DNA from: Trichormus sp. ATA11-4-KO1
Lineage (GTDB): Bacteria > Cyanobacteriota > Cyanobacteriia > Cyanobacteriales > Nostocaceae
DNA length: 64,000 bases
Direction of reading: 5' to 3'
Assembly (NCBI GenBank): GCA_019358915.1
Contig: JAHHIM010000016.1
Coordinates: 1-64,000, forward strand
Below the pieces are notes generated by a model. The model searched no databases, was not told where the DNA came from, and saw only the letters and a list, made by a program, of their open reading frames with translations. The position numbers were made by a program, and so were the translations under genes. Each line of letters begins with the position of its first letter. Positions within the stretch are counted from its first letter, which is position 1. Of this stretch, positions 23,906-35,275 are shown in pieces.

Positions 23906-24055
23906 GCAATTCTAAGTGGTCAGTTGTTAGTTGCTATTCGTCTAAACGCATTGACTTTTGACCACTTTTTAATAACAATTTCTGCCGTTTTGCTGGTAGA
24001 GTGATAAAATCATAGATTGTGACTTTTTATAAAAATCGCCTTAGAGGAGAACGAT

Positions 24056-24190
24056 ATGCAAAGAACCCTGGGCGGCACTTGCCGTAAAAGAAAAAGAACC
24101 TCAGGTTTTCGTGCCAGGATGCAGACACCAAACGGCAGAAACGTAATCAGGGCCAGAAGAAAAAGGGGACGGCATCGTCTAAGCGTGTAG
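24056..24190 (+). CDS. rpmH: 50S ribosomal protein L34 (absent from the ORF track)
   Basis: Manual translation [53 protein letters not shown]; upstream of rnpA. Confidence 0.98.
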   Translation: MQRTLGGTCRKRKRTSGFRARMQTPNGRNVIRARRKRGRHRLSV

Positions 24191-24215
24191 AGAATTTCCA
24201 GCCAAAAGAGCAGAT

Positions 24216-24638
24216 GTGGCTTTGCCCAAAGCAAATCGGTTAAAATCCCGCAAAGATTTCCAGGCAGTTTTCCGTGAAGGAATTCGGCGTCACAGTTCTC
24301 ATTTCACATTGAGAGCTTTAAGACCGTCATCTTCAAAAAAAAATTATGGTGATACTGCCGCCAACACCAACTCTCCAACTGACCCAAAACAGCTTGCCAG
24401 CAGTCAATTTGGCATTTCGATTAGTACCAAAGTCAGCAAAAGAGCAGTAGTGCGTAACCGAATTAAACGCCAAATTACTGCTGCGTTGCATCAGTTGCTA
24501 CCGAAATTGTCCCCAGGCTGGCGGCTAGTCATTGTTGTCAAACCAACAGCAGCAGAATCTAAGTGCGTAAGCCAACAATTTCTGCAAGAATTAGAGCAGT
24601 TGTTGGTAAAAGCAGAGGTATTCGATGGGTATTCGTGA
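24216..24638 (+). CDS. rnpA: Ribonuclease P protein component
   Basis: LPKANRLKSRKDF, KVSKRAVVRNRIKRQI (RNR motif). Confidence 0.97.
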   Translation: MALPKANRLKSRKDFQAVFREGIRRHSSHFTLRALRPSSSKKNYGDTAANTNSPTDPKQLASSQFGISISTKVSKRAVVRNRIKRQITAALHQLLPKLSPGWRLVIVVKPTAAESKCVSQQFLQELEQLLVKAEVFDGYS

Positions 24639-25017
24639 AGAAGTGTATTATGAAGGTGGCCCCCACATTGGGGACTTAATTCTCAACATGTTGATTGGAC
24701 TAACTGTCGTGGGTTTACCATTGGCAGTTGGAGCAATCGTCAGGGCATTGTGGCTGCGCTTCCGCATTACTGATCGCCGGATTTCCGTGATGGGAGGTTG
24801 GAGAGGACGCGATCGCACTGACGTGATTTATTCAGAAGTAGTCAAAATTGTCAAAGTTCCCCGAGGCATTGGCTTTTGGGGAGATATGGTATTAACTCTG
24901 AGAAATGGTAGTCGTCTAGAAATGCGGGCTGTTCCCAATTTCCGCGAGACATACGACTACATCAATGAAAGAGTCACGGCTAAAAATCCTCTATATAGCG
25001 GTGCTGCTAACAAGTAA
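24625..25017 (+). CDS. Bacterial PH-domain membrane protein
   Basis: MGIREEVYYEGGPHIGDL...RFRITDRRISV; usual position between rnpA and yidC in cyanobacteria. Confidence 0.85.
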   Translation: MGIREEVYYEGGPHIGDLILNMLIGLTVVGLPLAVGAIVRALWLRFRITDRRISVMGGWRGRDRTDVIYSEVVKIVKVPRGIGFWGDMVLTLRNGSRLEMRAVPNFRETYDYINERVTAKNPLYSGAANK

Positions 25018-25259
25018 TCGAGAGTAGGGAGTAGGATGTAGGGAGTAGTAAAAGCAAAACTTGCTGACAAAATAAAATAAAAAATTCACAACTTCCCATC
25101 TACCAAACCCTATATACTTCTTCCTACTCAGCACTCAACACTTTCAACTCAACACTTTCAAAGTGCGGCTATCCGTAGCGTAGGATAGTCATAGAAGAAT
25201 CAAGATTAGATAAATTAGATTCAGTTCAGTTTACAGTACCTCAGGTTGAATTCAGAATA

Positions 25260-26402
25260 ATGGATTTTGGTATCGGGTTTCTCTCGAACAACGTGATGCT
25301 GCCAATCATAGATTTTTTCTATGGAATTGTGCCCAGCTATGGATTGGCGATCGTTGCCTTGACATTGATAATCCGCTTTGCGCTCTATCCCCTGAGTGCT
25401 GGTTCAATTCGCAATATGCGGAAAATGCGAATTGTACAACCTCTAATGCAGAAGCGGATGGCAGAAATCAAAGAGCGGTATAAGGACGATCCCCAAAAGC
25501 AGCAAGAGGAAATGGTCAATGTCCAAAAAGAATTTGGCAACCCATTAGCAGGATGCTTACCTCTTTTACTGCAAATGCCCGTACTCCTAGCGCTATTTGC
25601 CACTTTGCGGGGTTCGCCCTTTGCTGGCGTTAACTACAGCGTTAACCTGCAAATCTTTCCCTCTGAACAAATAGAACGAATTCAACCCCAAGCCTTTGCT
25701 ACACCTCCCCAAAACATTTATATTGCTGATGGGGAACGCGCTCGTGTTACGGCAATTCTCCCCGCAGGTAATAAATTAACCGTGGGAGAAAAAACTAAGA
25801 TCCAGTATCAGACCCTTGAAGGCAAACCATTTCAGGTACTTTTAGCAGAACATCCAGAAAATAACTTGGTTCCTGAATGGAAAGTTATTAAAGGAGAAGA
25901 GAGGGTTAAAATCGACGCTGAAGGCAATATAGAAGCCTTAGAGCCAGGAGATGTGACGATTCAAGGCTCAATTCCTGGATTAGCAGCAGATAAAGGATTT
26001 TTGTTTATTGATGCCTTAGGTAGAGTAGGCGCGATCGATCCTGATGGTAAAGTCCACTGGGACATCGTTTCGATGATCGTCTTCTTTGGAATCAGTCTTT
26101 ATGTCAGCCAATTGCTGTCTGGGCAAAATTCCAGTGGTGGTAACCCACAGCAGGACACAGTTAACAAAATCACTCCGGTTATCTTTTCTGGGATGTTTTT
26201 GTTCTTCCCTCTACCGGCTGGCGTGCTGATGTATATGGTGATTGGTAATATTTTCCAGACACTGCAAACCTATATTCTCTCTCGTGAACCTCTACCAGAG
26301 GAGCTGCAAAAAATCGTAGCTACCCAAGAGAAAGAAGCAGCAGTAGAACAAAAAACATTACCGTTTGAGCCAAAGAGTTCTAAGAAAAAGACTACAGGTT
26401 GA
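25260..26402 (+). CDS. yidC: Membrane protein insertase YidC
   Basis: [42 protein letters not shown]. Confidence 0.97.
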   Translation: MDFGIGFLSNNVMLPIIDFFYGIVPSYGLAIVALTLIIRFALYPLSAGSIRNMRKMRIVQPLMQKRMAEIKERYKDDPQKQQEEMVNVQKEFGNPLAGCLPLLLQMPVLLALFATLRGSPFAGVNYSVNLQIFPSEQIERIQPQAFATPPQNIYIADGERARVTAILPAGNKLTVGEKTKIQYQTLEGKPFQVLLAEHPENNLVPEWKVIKGEERVKIDAEGNIEALEPGDVTIQGSIPGLAADKGFLFIDALGRVGAIDPDGKVHWDIVSMIVFFGISLYVSQLLSGQNSSGGNPQQDTVNKITPVIFSGMFLFFPLPAGVLMYMVIGNIFQTLQTYILSREPLPEELQKIVATQEKEAAVEQKTLPFEPKSSKKKTTG

Positions 26403-26926
26403 TGATGGTTGACAGTTCCATGCAACGAGGGCAGCAGTGGTTAAAAACACTGCTGCAACTAACAGGAATATCTACTGAGATTCAAGGTAATTTAGAAATT
26501 GCCCAACCTCAAGATAATGATTTCCCAGAACCAGATAATTACTGGTTAACAATTGATGAAACCAACCTGACGCCAGAACAAATCCAAGTTTTAATTGGCA
26601 CTAATGGTTCGGTTTTAGATGCAATTCAATATTTAGCAAATTCGGTGCTAAATCTCAGCCAACCCGAAGAGGGACAAGCTTCTTATACTATTGAGTTGAA
26701 TGGCTACCGCGTCAAAAGACAAGCAGAAATTCGGGCAATGGCAGAAGCCGCAGCTGATGAGGTACGCTCTTCTGGTCAAGAAGTGGAAATCAAATCCCTC
26801 AGTTCAGCTGAGAGGCGGCAAATCCACACCTTCTTGAAGGAATTTCCAGATTTAGAAACCTTTAGTCGTGGTAAGGAACCGCATCGTCATTTGGTTGTTC
26901 GTCCAGCAGCGACGGTTGAATTATGA
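26402..26926 (+). CDS. jag: Jag/EloR-like KH-R3H RNA-binding protein
   Basis: LIGTNGSVLDAIQYL, ERRQIH R3H motif, SRGKEPHRHLVV. Confidence 0.9.
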   Translation: MMVDSSMQRGQQWLKTLLQLTGISTEIQGNLEIAQPQDNDFPEPDNYWLTIDETNLTPEQIQVLIGTNGSVLDAIQYLANSVLNLSQPEEGQASYTIELNGYRVKRQAEIRAMAEAAADEVRSSGQEVEIKSLSSAERRQIHTFLKEFPDLETFSRGKEPHRHLVVRPAATVEL

Positions 26927-27039
26927 TTAGCTAGCCCAGTACAAAATACTTATTGTTTGCTAAGAGCTAAACTAAAAATGTATTATCAGCAATGCTGCTG
27001 ATAATTAACAAAAATTTTTGTGATTATGTCGAACATCCT

Positions 27040-27546
27040 ATGGACGCAATTTTTATTCCGCAGCTAACCAAAGCCCCGGAGCGGACAGAGGAACTTGAAG
27101 TTAAAGAGTTTCTGCCTGGTCTGGAAACCTTAACACCAGTGCGCGGTAATGTCCGAGTGCAGCATCATGGTAATTATTTAGAAGTATCCGGTCAGGCAGA
27201 AGCAATCGTTACCTGTACCTGCAACCGTTGCTTGCAGCAATATAATCATCGTTTGGTGGTGAATACCAAAGAAGTTATTTGGTTAGACGAAGCGGCTAAT
27301 GAAATACAAGACTTGCCCTTAGAAAGGGAAGTAGTGATGGAAGATTTGGTGGAAACCTTATCACCCGATGGTTATTTTTATCCTAGTGAATGGTTGTATG
27401 AGCAGATGTGTTTAGCATTTCCGCAGCGACAGCTTTGTGACCTCAATTGTCCAGGTATTTTGAGCAGTGATGCTGATAGTTCAGACAAGCCGATTGATAG
27501 TCGTTGGGCTTCATTGGAAGCGTTGAAAAAGCAACTTCCGGGATAG
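27040..27546 (+). CDS. YceD/DUF177 family protein
   Basis: CNRCL, LCDLNCPG, DSRWASLEALK. Confidence 0.9.
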   Translation: MDAIFIPQLTKAPERTEELEVKEFLPGLETLTPVRGNVRVQHHGNYLEVSGQAEAIVTCTCNRCLQQYNHRLVVNTKEVIWLDEAANEIQDLPLEREVVMEDLVETLSPDGYFYPSEWLYEQMCLAFPQRQLCDLNCPGILSSDADSSDKPIDSRWASLEALKKQLPG

Positions 27547-27691
27547 AGACTGCATTTTATTCATCCACAGGCTAACTACGTTGTACACATCAGTGCGACA
27601 TTCAATTCCACGTTATATAAACATAATGTGGAATTGATGCCGACAGGATAGTGTTGTAAATCATTATTGAATTCAAACGTGAGGTTGAAGA

Positions 27692-28417
27692 ATGAAAAGG
27701 TATGCAAAGTTTCAAGGAGTATGTTGTTATTGGCTAGCAAAAGCCACCCGCCACAGTTTAATTTTGCTGCTGAGTACCATTTTGCTGTCTGAGTCAGTGG
27801 GAGCCACACTAAAAAATCGAGTGTTCCAAATAGCACAAGAGCCAGATAGCGCACAACAATATGCCAATGGAGCTATTGTGTCTAAAATGCAGGGCAATAT
27901 CTACGACTCATTAGGAGAAAAGCAACAAGCCCTCTCATACTACAACCAAGCCATCTCGTACTACAACCAAGCCCTACTCCTACACCGTGCGGTAGGGGAC
28001 AAAGGGGGAGAAGCCACCACCCTCTTTGGTATTGGCAGTGTCTACGACTTATTAGGAGAAAAGCAACAAGCCATCTCGTACTACAACCAAGCCCTACCCT
28101 TACACCGTGCGGTAGGGGACAAAGGGGGAGAAGCCACCACCCTCTTTGGTATTGGCAGTGTCTACGACTTATTAGGAGAAAAGCAACAAGCCATCTCGTA
28201 CTACAACCAAGCCCTACCCTTACACCGTGCGGTAGGGGACAAAGGAATGGAAGCCATCACTCTCCTTAGTATTGGTGCTGCCTCCGAATCATTAGGAGAA
28301 AAGCAACAAGCTCTCTCATACTACAACCAAGCTCTAACCCTATTCCGTGCGGTGGGGGACAAGAGGGGGGAAGCCACCACCCTTAGATTTATTGGCACTC
28401 GTGATTTAAAAAAATGA
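27692..28417 (+). CDS. Exported tetratricopeptide-repeat protein, possibly truncated
   Basis: Signal peptide plus four 40-aa TPR units (GEKQQA.SYYNQAL...RAVGDKGGEATTL). Confidence 0.8.
   Translation: MKRYAKFQGVCCYWLAKATRHSLILLLSTILLSESVGATLKNRVFQIAQEPDSAQQYANGAIVSKMQGNIYDSLGEKQQALSYYNQAISYYNQALLLHRAVGDKGGEATTLFGIGSVYDLLGEKQQAISYYNQALPLHRAVGDKGGEATTLFGIGSVYDLLGEKQQAISYYNQALPLHRAVGDKGMEAITLLSIGAASESLGEKQQALSYYNQALTLFRAVGDKRGEATTLRFIGTRDLKK
27901..28385 (+). repeat. 120-bp coding tandem repeat (TPR units)
   Basis: 28021-28080 is identical to 28141-28200; about 4 units plus a 21-nt local duplication near 27953-27973. Confidence 0.93.
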
Positions 28418-28644
28418 TTTTAGTTTGGTCAATAATAGTTAGACTGGAAATTAAATATTACTGATTGACGACGTAAAGTACATCAGCCGAATATCCGAAA
28501 AACAGGTCTGCTATTTAAGAGTTAAAAATTTATTAATTATCTGAAAAATCTTCGTTATCCCTTTATTATAAAGCCATTATTAATAGAGTTTATAGCGTTT
28601 CCTAGTCTGCTGAGGTACAAATTTATCTGCGTCTATCCTCTTAT

Positions 28645-28893
28645 GAAAAAATCTTGTTCATTGAACCAGGAACTAGCCCATTCATTGTACATTATTTTGA
28701 ATATGCAACAAGTACAAAGAAAACTTTGCTAATAGATATCAATGAATTTTGCACAGACGTTATTTCAGCAACTAAAGAATGGCTTGAGAAAGTTAAAGGT
28801 ACTGAACCGTATGAGAGCAATTATAAAAAATTTGTTATAAGATATCCTGATGGTTATCCGCCTATCGTATCAGGATGCCCAGTAATAGGCTAA
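28645..28893 (+). pseudogene. AT-rich orphan gene fragment following a repeat-element end
   Basis: 79-aa ORF with a weak TTG start just after a TATAGCGTTT-type repeat fragment (28591-28640); the ending looks like a native C-terminus (RYPDGYPPIVSGCPVIG). Confidence 0.35.
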
Positions 28894-29359
28894 TTAAAAC
28901 GATGAGAGATGAATCCTCCTAGCTTCAGGCATATTTTAGTTGCCAAATTTATTGAAAGCCAGTTATATGAACAAATATAATGCTTAAATTTACCTTGTCT
29001 GTGCTTTTGAGAGGCTGGTATGAGAATGGGATGGCGTAAGTTGAGGCTGGCGGATTTATATGTGGTAACAGTTTACTTTAACCTCTCACAGATGATCTAA
29101 GTTTAAGTTTCTGCTGATTCTGCCTTGCAATCATTCAACTTAGCTACAAAAGCTATTTGATATATTTTTTACGCGCTATCTTTCAGCAAAATTAGCACAA
29201 ACCGAAAGCGAAAACTGACGTGTCTGGTCAGTTAGTGAACAATGCTCTTCTACCGGAAACTTTTTAGATTGCATCAAAAGCCAATTTATAAACCTCTAAA
29301 TTCTTGTGGTCTTGAATAACTTTTGTACCCATCTTCCCTGTCTCTCCTATCTCCCCACC

Positions 29360-30145
29360 TCAAGACCCTGTTGGCACTGCTTGTGGTTGTAAATAGCAAA
29401 TCAAATCCTGAATACCTTTTTGCAAATACCGCGTTACTGTCATGGGACTAGTACCAATATTCTTAGCAGCATCTTTGCGAGAAAGTTCCTTTAAAAACAC
29501 CATCTCAACTGCCATGCGGGGCTTGTCTTCTAACATACTAATTGCCCCTTGGAGTTGTTGTCGTTCTTCGTCTTGTTGTTGAAGGGCTGTAGAACGAGGA
29601 CAAGGAAGCGCCTCACCCAAAGTTATTTGGCAATCAACATAATGAACTGCGGTAGCATCTAAACTCAAAGGCATCCGATTTTGAGCTGCTAACTTAGTTT
29701 CTTGCCATTCTTGTACAGAAACTTTTAGTTGTTCAGCAATTTCTGAATCTTTGGGAGAGCGCCCCAAAGAAATTGCTAATTCTTTACGAATTCTTTGCCC
29801 TTCATTGTATAGTTCTTGCCAACGACGGGGAATTTTTAATAGAGTACTGCGATCGCGTAGAAAGTGCAGCATCTCACCCCGAATGTAAGGCACAGCAAAG
29901 GAACTAAAAGCATATCCTTGACTAGGATCGAAGCGTTCAATGGCTCTAATTAAACCAAAATAACCGATTTGTTCTAAATCTTCATAAGGTTCATTACACT
30001 GATGGCTAAACTTATGCGCCATCTTGCGGACTAAGCCAGTATGTAACTGTACGAGTTGATTACGAAGTTTAATAGAGGGATTTTGGTGGTATGAGTGCAA
30101 TAACTCCATACCATCAATTCGCATAGAGGACTCACCTGTTGTCAT
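29360..30145 (-). CDS. sigJ: Group 3 sigma factor, SigB/F/G family (most like SigJ)
   Basis: YEDLEQIGYFGLIRAIERFDP, FSSFAVPYIRGEMLHFLRD, region 4 HTH. SigJ versus SigF is assigned from recalled sequence only. Confidence 0.7.
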   Translation of the reverse strand: MTTGESSMRIDGMELLHSYHQNPSIKLRNQLVQLHTGLVRKMAHKFSHQCNEPYEDLEQIGYFGLIRAIERFDPSQGYAFSSFAVPYIRGEMLHFLRDRSTLLKIPRRWQELYNEGQRIRKELAISLGRSPKDSEIAEQLKVSVQEWQETKLAAQNRMPLSLDATAVHYVDCQITLGEALPCPRSTALQQQDEERQQLQGAISMLEDKPRMAVEMVFLKELSRKDAAKNIGTSPMTVTRYLQKGIQDLICYLQPQAVPTGS

Positions 30146-30699
30146 ATAGAAATTCCTTTTTAGTAACTCCTTTTTCTAAAAAAATGGAGTTGCGTATATT
30201 GCCTTCAAATCTGTCATTATTTTCCTTAGTCAGCGCTGAATAAACCATCGTCGTTTCACTGAACTTATAAAAGTACCTACTTAGCTATTAAGTATTTATA
30301 CGCATGATTTTGTACTTCTATCTGTTGTCAGTTATTTTTGTTTTGCAAATAGTAATTGAACACTAAAAAATGTTTAGTTTTGGCAAAAAGGCCTAGCTAT
30401 TTATGCTGAAAAATGCCTGACTTACCCAATCACTATCTTTCCTGCTGAAAGAAACACAAATTGACCAAATATTTACTAATTCGTAATGCGGAGGGTACAA
30501 GCCCCCGCCAAAATCCTAGATTTAATTGTCTACCCTTCGGGAATGGCTATCGCCGAACAATCACTCTTTCTGAGTGCTGAGTAGAAAATACTAGTCCCTA
30601 TTTTCATTGGTTCAGGTATACGCAGTGCATAACAGCTACTTACCATCAGTATTTCCGGTAAAATCAAGACCTAGAGATTTTGGATAGGGGGATACAGGA

Positions 30700-31419
30700 G
30701 TGCCTACACTCGGTGTTAACATTGACCATATCGCCACCATCCGGCAAGCGCGGCGGACGGTAGAACCAGACCCCGTAGCGGCGGCGGTTCTGGCAGAATT
30801 AGCAGGTGCAGATGGAATTACGGTGCATCTGCGAGAAGACCGACGGCATATCCAAGACCGGGATGTGCGACTATTGCGGCAAACAGTGCGATCGCACCTA
30901 AACTTAGAAATGGCTGCTACAGATGAAATGTTGGCAATAGCCCTCGACATCAAACCCGATTACGTGACTTTAGTCCCGGAAAAACGCGAAGAAGTCACCA
31001 CAGAAGGCGGATTAGATATCGTCGGGCAAATTGCTAGAATAGGTGGGATAGTTGATAAGTTGCAAAGCGCTGGTATTCCAGTGAGTTTGTTTATTGATGC
31101 CGAACCTGTACAAATCGAAGCATCTGTCAAGGTGCAGGCGCAATTTATAGAACTGCACACCGGGCAATATGCTGAGGCTAAAGACGAAAAAAATCGCCAG
31201 CAAGAATTAGCCATATTAGCTAAAGGATGTGAGCAAGCGATTAAAGCTGGATTACGTGTCAATGCTGGTCATGGACTTACCTACTGGAACGTTTATCCAG
31301 TAGCTGCTCTTCTAGGCATGGAAGAATTGAACATTGGTCACACCATTATCAGTCGAGCAGCATTAGTAGGAATAGAACGAGCAGTCCGCGAAATGAAACA
31401 AGCAATACAAATTCAGTAG
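30700..31419 (+). CDS. pdxJ: Pyridoxine 5'-phosphate synthase
   Basis: [36 protein letters not shown]. Confidence 0.98.
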   Translation: MPTLGVNIDHIATIRQARRTVEPDPVAAAVLAELAGADGITVHLREDRRHIQDRDVRLLRQTVRSHLNLEMAATDEMLAIALDIKPDYVTLVPEKREEVTTEGGLDIVGQIARIGGIVDKLQSAGIPVSLFIDAEPVQIEASVKVQAQFIELHTGQYAEAKDEKNRQQELAILAKGCEQAIKAGLRVNAGHGLTYWNVYPVAALLGMEELNIGHTIISRAALVGIERAVREMKQAIQIQ

Positions 31420-31476
31420 TATTGAGTGCTAAGTCAAGATATGTTTTTGCCACTACTGACTCTGACTTCTCTTACC

Positions 31477-31556
31477 ACTCAGCACTCAGCACTCAGACGT
31501 TCGGCGAAGCTACTTCGACAAGGCTCAGTACAAGTCAGTCGAGCCGCACTCAGCAC
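31477..31556. repeat. TCAGCAC STRR array interrupted by nested small dispersed repeats
   Basis: (actcagc)n, then ttcggcgaagct[acttcgacaaggctcagtacaag]tcagtcgagcc, then gcactcagcact. Confidence 0.7.
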
Positions 31557-31622
31557 TTTTAGAGAGGGGTTGTAACTGCGAAATCCAAAAATTTGGAGTT
31601 ATATTTTTGAGCAAAGACCTCT

Positions 31623-32402
31623 ATGACCTCAACACAGTCTAACAACCTGCCTCTTTGGGTACAGCACAGAGACAAAGTTCTCGAACAAAGTACCGATATC
31701 GAATGGCGCTATGGCAAGTTTCCCGACTATACCCGCTCAAACGAAAATCTCGCCAAAGAAAGTACGCGCAATCACCCAGAGAATTCACTAGAAGCGATCG
31801 TGCAAAACTTGGTGAGAACTTTTGATGTAGAAGCTAACTTTAAAACCAATCCCCAGCAGTGGGTGTCTGTTGTCAATGAACAATTCCGTATGAGTACCAA
31901 TGGCGGCCCTAGCTACACAGTAGCAGATGTGGTAAAGTCAGGGACTTACAAACTCTTGATCGGCAATACAGAACATTACAAGGCTGCTGAGGAAAACTTT
32001 GAAACATCTACAAATCTCTTCCATACAGCATTTCCTGAGGGATTTCTGTGGGAAGTACTGGAGGTATTCTCAGGGCCACCAACCATTGCGTTTAAGTGGC
32101 GGCATTGGGGACATTTTAATGGTGCATACAAAGACTATGCACCAACAGGGGAGACAGTGGAAGTTATCGGTATGAGCATTGCTTGTGTCACCGATGACTT
32201 AAAAATTCTTTCCTTAGAACACTATTACGACAACACCAAGTTCTTAGACAAGCTAACAGCAGGACAAAAACCAGAAACTGGAAAATCACAGAAACAAACA
32301 ACATTGTGGAGTTTTTTCCAACAGTTTTGGCACTGGGAAGCAAAACCAAGAACTGGCGCACCTAAAGCCAGTGCTTGTCCCTTTAGTGCTTTGACCAGGT
32401 AA
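31623..32402 (+). CDS. SnoaL/NTF2-like 'pathogenesis-related' family protein
   Basis: WRYGKFPDY, FPEGFLWEVLEVFSGPPTIAFKWRHWG, APTGE; C-terminal CPF. Confidence 0.85.
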   Translation: MTSTQSNNLPLWVQHRDKVLEQSTDIEWRYGKFPDYTRSNENLAKESTRNHPENSLEAIVQNLVRTFDVEANFKTNPQQWVSVVNEQFRMSTNGGPSYTVADVVKSGTYKLLIGNTEHYKAAEENFETSTNLFHTAFPEGFLWEVLEVFSGPPTIAFKWRHWGHFNGAYKDYAPTGETVEVIGMSIACVTDDLKILSLEHYYDNTKFLDKLTAGQKPETGKSQKQTTLWSFFQQFWHWEAKPRTGAPKASACPFSALTR

Positions 32403-32482
32403 TTCCGCTTTAATTATTTTTTAGGGGTACAGGATGCAGCCCTGTGCCCTTAAATTCTTCAATAAGCAACCCAAGGATGAAA

Positions 32483-32812
32483 ATGCAAACATATTATTAC
32501 GTTTTGGCAAGTCAAAATTTCCTGACTCAAGAAGAACCAATAGACGAAGTGCTAAAAGAACGGACTCGATACTACCACGAACAAGAAAAGGAAATTGATT
32601 TTTGGTTAGTGAAGCAGCCAGCTTTCCTCGAAGCACCTGAGATGACAGAAGTAAAAACAAAATGTCCCAAACCAGCAGCCGCAATTATTTCCACCAATCC
32701 CCAATTTATTACCTGGCTAAAACTGCGATTAGAATACGTGATTACAGGGGAATTTCAGGCTCCTTCGGAGACAATCCCTAATCCTTTGGCATCTCTGACT
32801 TCAGTGTCTTAA
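32483..32812 (+). CDS. ycf54: MgPME cyclase accessory protein Ycf54
   Basis: MQTYYYVLASQNFL..EEPIDEVLKER...EIDFWLVKQPAFL...FITWLKLRLEYV. Confidence 0.95.
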   Translation: MQTYYYVLASQNFLTQEEPIDEVLKERTRYYHEQEKEIDFWLVKQPAFLEAPEMTEVKTKCPKPAAAIISTNPQFITWLKLRLEYVITGEFQAPSETIPNPLASLTSVS

Positions 32813-32956
32813 TATACTCTTGTACTCTTTGCAGTTGCCCTCCTAGGGAAATGGGAAACTTCGCCAGTGAGGACAATTCAGGGCAGGTCTTGTACCTGCC
32901 TTAAAATTAGGGGAACAAAAAGTGTTTCTGGGAAATCTTTGAAGAAAATTCAGTTT

Positions 32957-33625
32957 ATGCGTCCCAATTCTGTGCCGAAATTCGATACCTTATCCAGTGT
33001 ATTAGCACTAGCAGCAACAGGCTTGATAGGTAGCATGACCTCTGTCACCGCCCAACAAAGTGTTCCCGTTTGTCAACCACCCAGACCTGGGGAATATCTT
33101 TTGCTGGTAGTCAGTCCCACCGCCAATAGTCAAAAGCAGCTGCGTAGTGCCTTACCGAATGAAATTGCCACTATGACCTGCCAATATCTCACTGATACAG
33201 TGACACGGATAGGGGGCTTTAACAACATTGATGATGCCAATCGTTGGGCAAGATATGTGAACAATATTGTCGGGTTGTCTGCCATTATCACTACACGACC
33301 GACAACATCAGATGTTGCGCAAATTCCATCTCAGCCTCAATCTCAAACTCAGACAATTAGCTATAATCCCCAAGTACTAGGGGATGGTTATGCTGTATTG
33401 GTCGATTATTTTAATCGTCCGGAACTGGTAAATAGCGTGCAACAAGTAGTTGGCGGTAACATAGGCTTTGCTTCCTACCGACAACGCCCTTTCTTGCTGG
33501 CAGTTCACACTGGTAACCAACAAGAAGCGTACAGCACATTGCAAAAGCTCAACGATCGCGGTTTTTTTGCTGTCCTAGTAGATAGTAGTAAGGTGATGTT
33601 ACTGCGATCAGCCGTGCGTTTATAA
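32957..33625 (+). CDS. Exported hypothetical protein
   Basis: Signal-like N-terminus, CQPPRPGEYLLLV; native HIP1 usage. Confidence 0.75.
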   Translation: MRPNSVPKFDTLSSVLALAATGLIGSMTSVTAQQSVPVCQPPRPGEYLLLVVSPTANSQKQLRSALPNEIATMTCQYLTDTVTRIGGFNNIDDANRWARYVNNIVGLSAIITTRPTTSDVAQIPSQPQSQTQTISYNPQVLGDGYAVLVDYFNRPELVNSVQQVVGGNIGFASYRQRPFLLAVHTGNQQEAYSTLQKLNDRGFFAVLVDSSKVMLLRSAVRL

Positions 33626-33626
33626 A

Positions 33627-34082
33627 CTAGTAAGCAGACCGAGCTAACCAATAGATAGTTATGCCCAAAGCCGAACCAGCTATTACCTGGACTGGTGTAT
33701 GCCCTAGTAATTCCTTGAGACGGTCTTGGCTAAAGTCTGGTTTTTCGTGGAATAATTCATCAATCATTTGATTAAGAATCCGAGCTTGCTTACCAGCAGC
33801 TTGGCGAACTCCGGCGGCATCATACATGACGATGATGGCAAAAACCGTAGCCAAAGCAAACTCAGGTGAAGCCCAACCAAGACTTTGCCCGACACCAGCT
33901 GCTAGAGCCGTTACCAAAGCTGAGTGGGCACTGGGCATACCTCCAGTTGTGACTAATACCCGCACATTCAGTTTACGATTTTTGACCAGCTCGACTACGA
34001 GCTTCAATCCTTGAGCAATTAAACAAGCTACCAGAGCAACCAGCAGCACCCGATTGTCTAAAATGTCGCCTATGTCCTGCAT
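33627..34082 (-). CDS. Divergent PAP2 family (DUF212) protein
   Basis: TGGMPSAHSA, VMYDAAGVR, LKELLGHTP. Confidence 0.93.
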   Translation of the reverse strand: MQDIGDILDNRVLLVALVACLIAQGLKLVVELVKNRKLNVRVLVTTGGMPSAHSALVTALAAGVGQSLGWASPEFALATVFAIIVMYDAAGVRQAAGKQARILNQMIDELFHEKPDFSQDRLKELLGHTPVQVIAGSALGITIYWLARSAY

Positions 34083-34173
34083 GGTATTTTGGTTCGGTTA
34101 GTAAATATTAGCAGCAGTTCTTTTTCGAGGAAACATTTCGATGCAACCCAAAATCCCCAATCCAAAAATTAAC

Positions 34174-35103
34174 TTAGTGATTGCGACTAGTGATATAGTG
34201 AGCGATCGCCTGGAGTGGCTTTGCCGATTCCCCAAATGTTGCCAATTCCTGACAGGCTGCTGCAATTAGTTGTTGGGCTTTAGAACGTGATTCTTCAATG
34301 CCCCAAAGGCTGGGATAGGTGACTTTCTTTGCTTTTAGGTCTTTACCAGCAGTTTTACCTAATTGTTCTTGGGTAGCAGTGATGTCCAAAATATCATCAA
34401 TGATCTGAAATGCCAGTCCAATATTTTGTGAATAGCGAGAAAGTCTTTGCACATCTTCAGATGAGGCTCCTGCTACAATTCCCCCACAAACAACACAAGC
34501 TTCTAAAAGTGCAGCTGTTTTGTGGTTATGAATAAAATTCAACGTTTCTAGAGAAATATCGGACTTACCTTCCGAGTCTAAATCAACCACTTGACCACCG
34601 ACTAAACCAGCAGCCCCTAATGCTTTTCCGAGACGGACAATCACCTGCACAACTCTATCTCTAGATACGTTTTCAGGGGTTTGAGTGGCAACAAACTCAA
34701 AAGCATAAGCCAACAAGCCATCACCAGCCAAAATCGCGATATTTTCACCATAAACCTTATGATTTGTCAACTTACCCCGACGATAATCATCATTATCCAT
34801 TGCTGGTAGGTCGTCGTGAATTAGTGACATTGTATGGATCATCTCCACAGCACAAGCTGTTGGCATAGCCATTTCCATTGTGCCACCCATCATTTCACAA
34901 GTAGCCAGACAGAGAATGGGACGCAGACGCTTCCCTCCAGCTAATAGCGAGTAACGCATTGATTCGTAAATCTTCTCTGGATAAATGATAGGAATAGCCT
35001 GATCCAGGGCAGTTTCACAAAGCTTTTGTCGCTCTTTGAGATAAGCTGCCAGGTTAAAAGTGGCGTCCTCTGGCATCTTCTGAAGGTTATCAGCTGCTAC
35101 CAT
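34174..35103 (-). CDS. crtE: Geranylgeranyl diphosphate synthase
   Basis: [31 protein letters not shown]. Confidence 0.95.
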   Translation of the reverse strand: MVAADNLQKMPEDATFNLAAYLKERQKLCETALDQAIPIIYPEKIYESMRYSLLAGGKRLRPILCLATCEMMGGTMEMAMPTACAVEMIHTMSLIHDDLPAMDNDDYRRGKLTNHKVYGENIAILAGDGLLAYAFEFVATQTPENVSRDRVVQVIVRLGKALGAAGLVGGQVVDLDSEGKSDISLETLNFIHNHKTAALLEACVVCGGIVAGASSEDVQRLSRYSQNIGLAFQIIDDILDITATQEQLGKTAGKDLKAKKVTYPSLWGIEESRSKAQQLIAAACQELATFGESAKPLQAIAHYITSRNH

Positions 35104-35213
35104 TCTTCAATTCCTTAAATTTTCGGCTTTTGGCGGTTTGTCATATATAGCCGTAGTCACATAAGCTAAGACAGTATTGATGCAAGAGAGGCATGAAGCA
35201 ACTGAGTTGATAC

Positions 35214-35275
35214 TCAGCACTCAGCACGGGCTATAAGCGCAGCCATGCCCGCAGGGCTTTACAGCACTCAGCACT
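35214..35275. repeat. TCAGCAC STRR array with a 27-nt insert
   Basis: cagcacgggcta-[taagcgcagccatgcccgcagggcttt]-acagcactcagcact. Confidence 0.7.
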
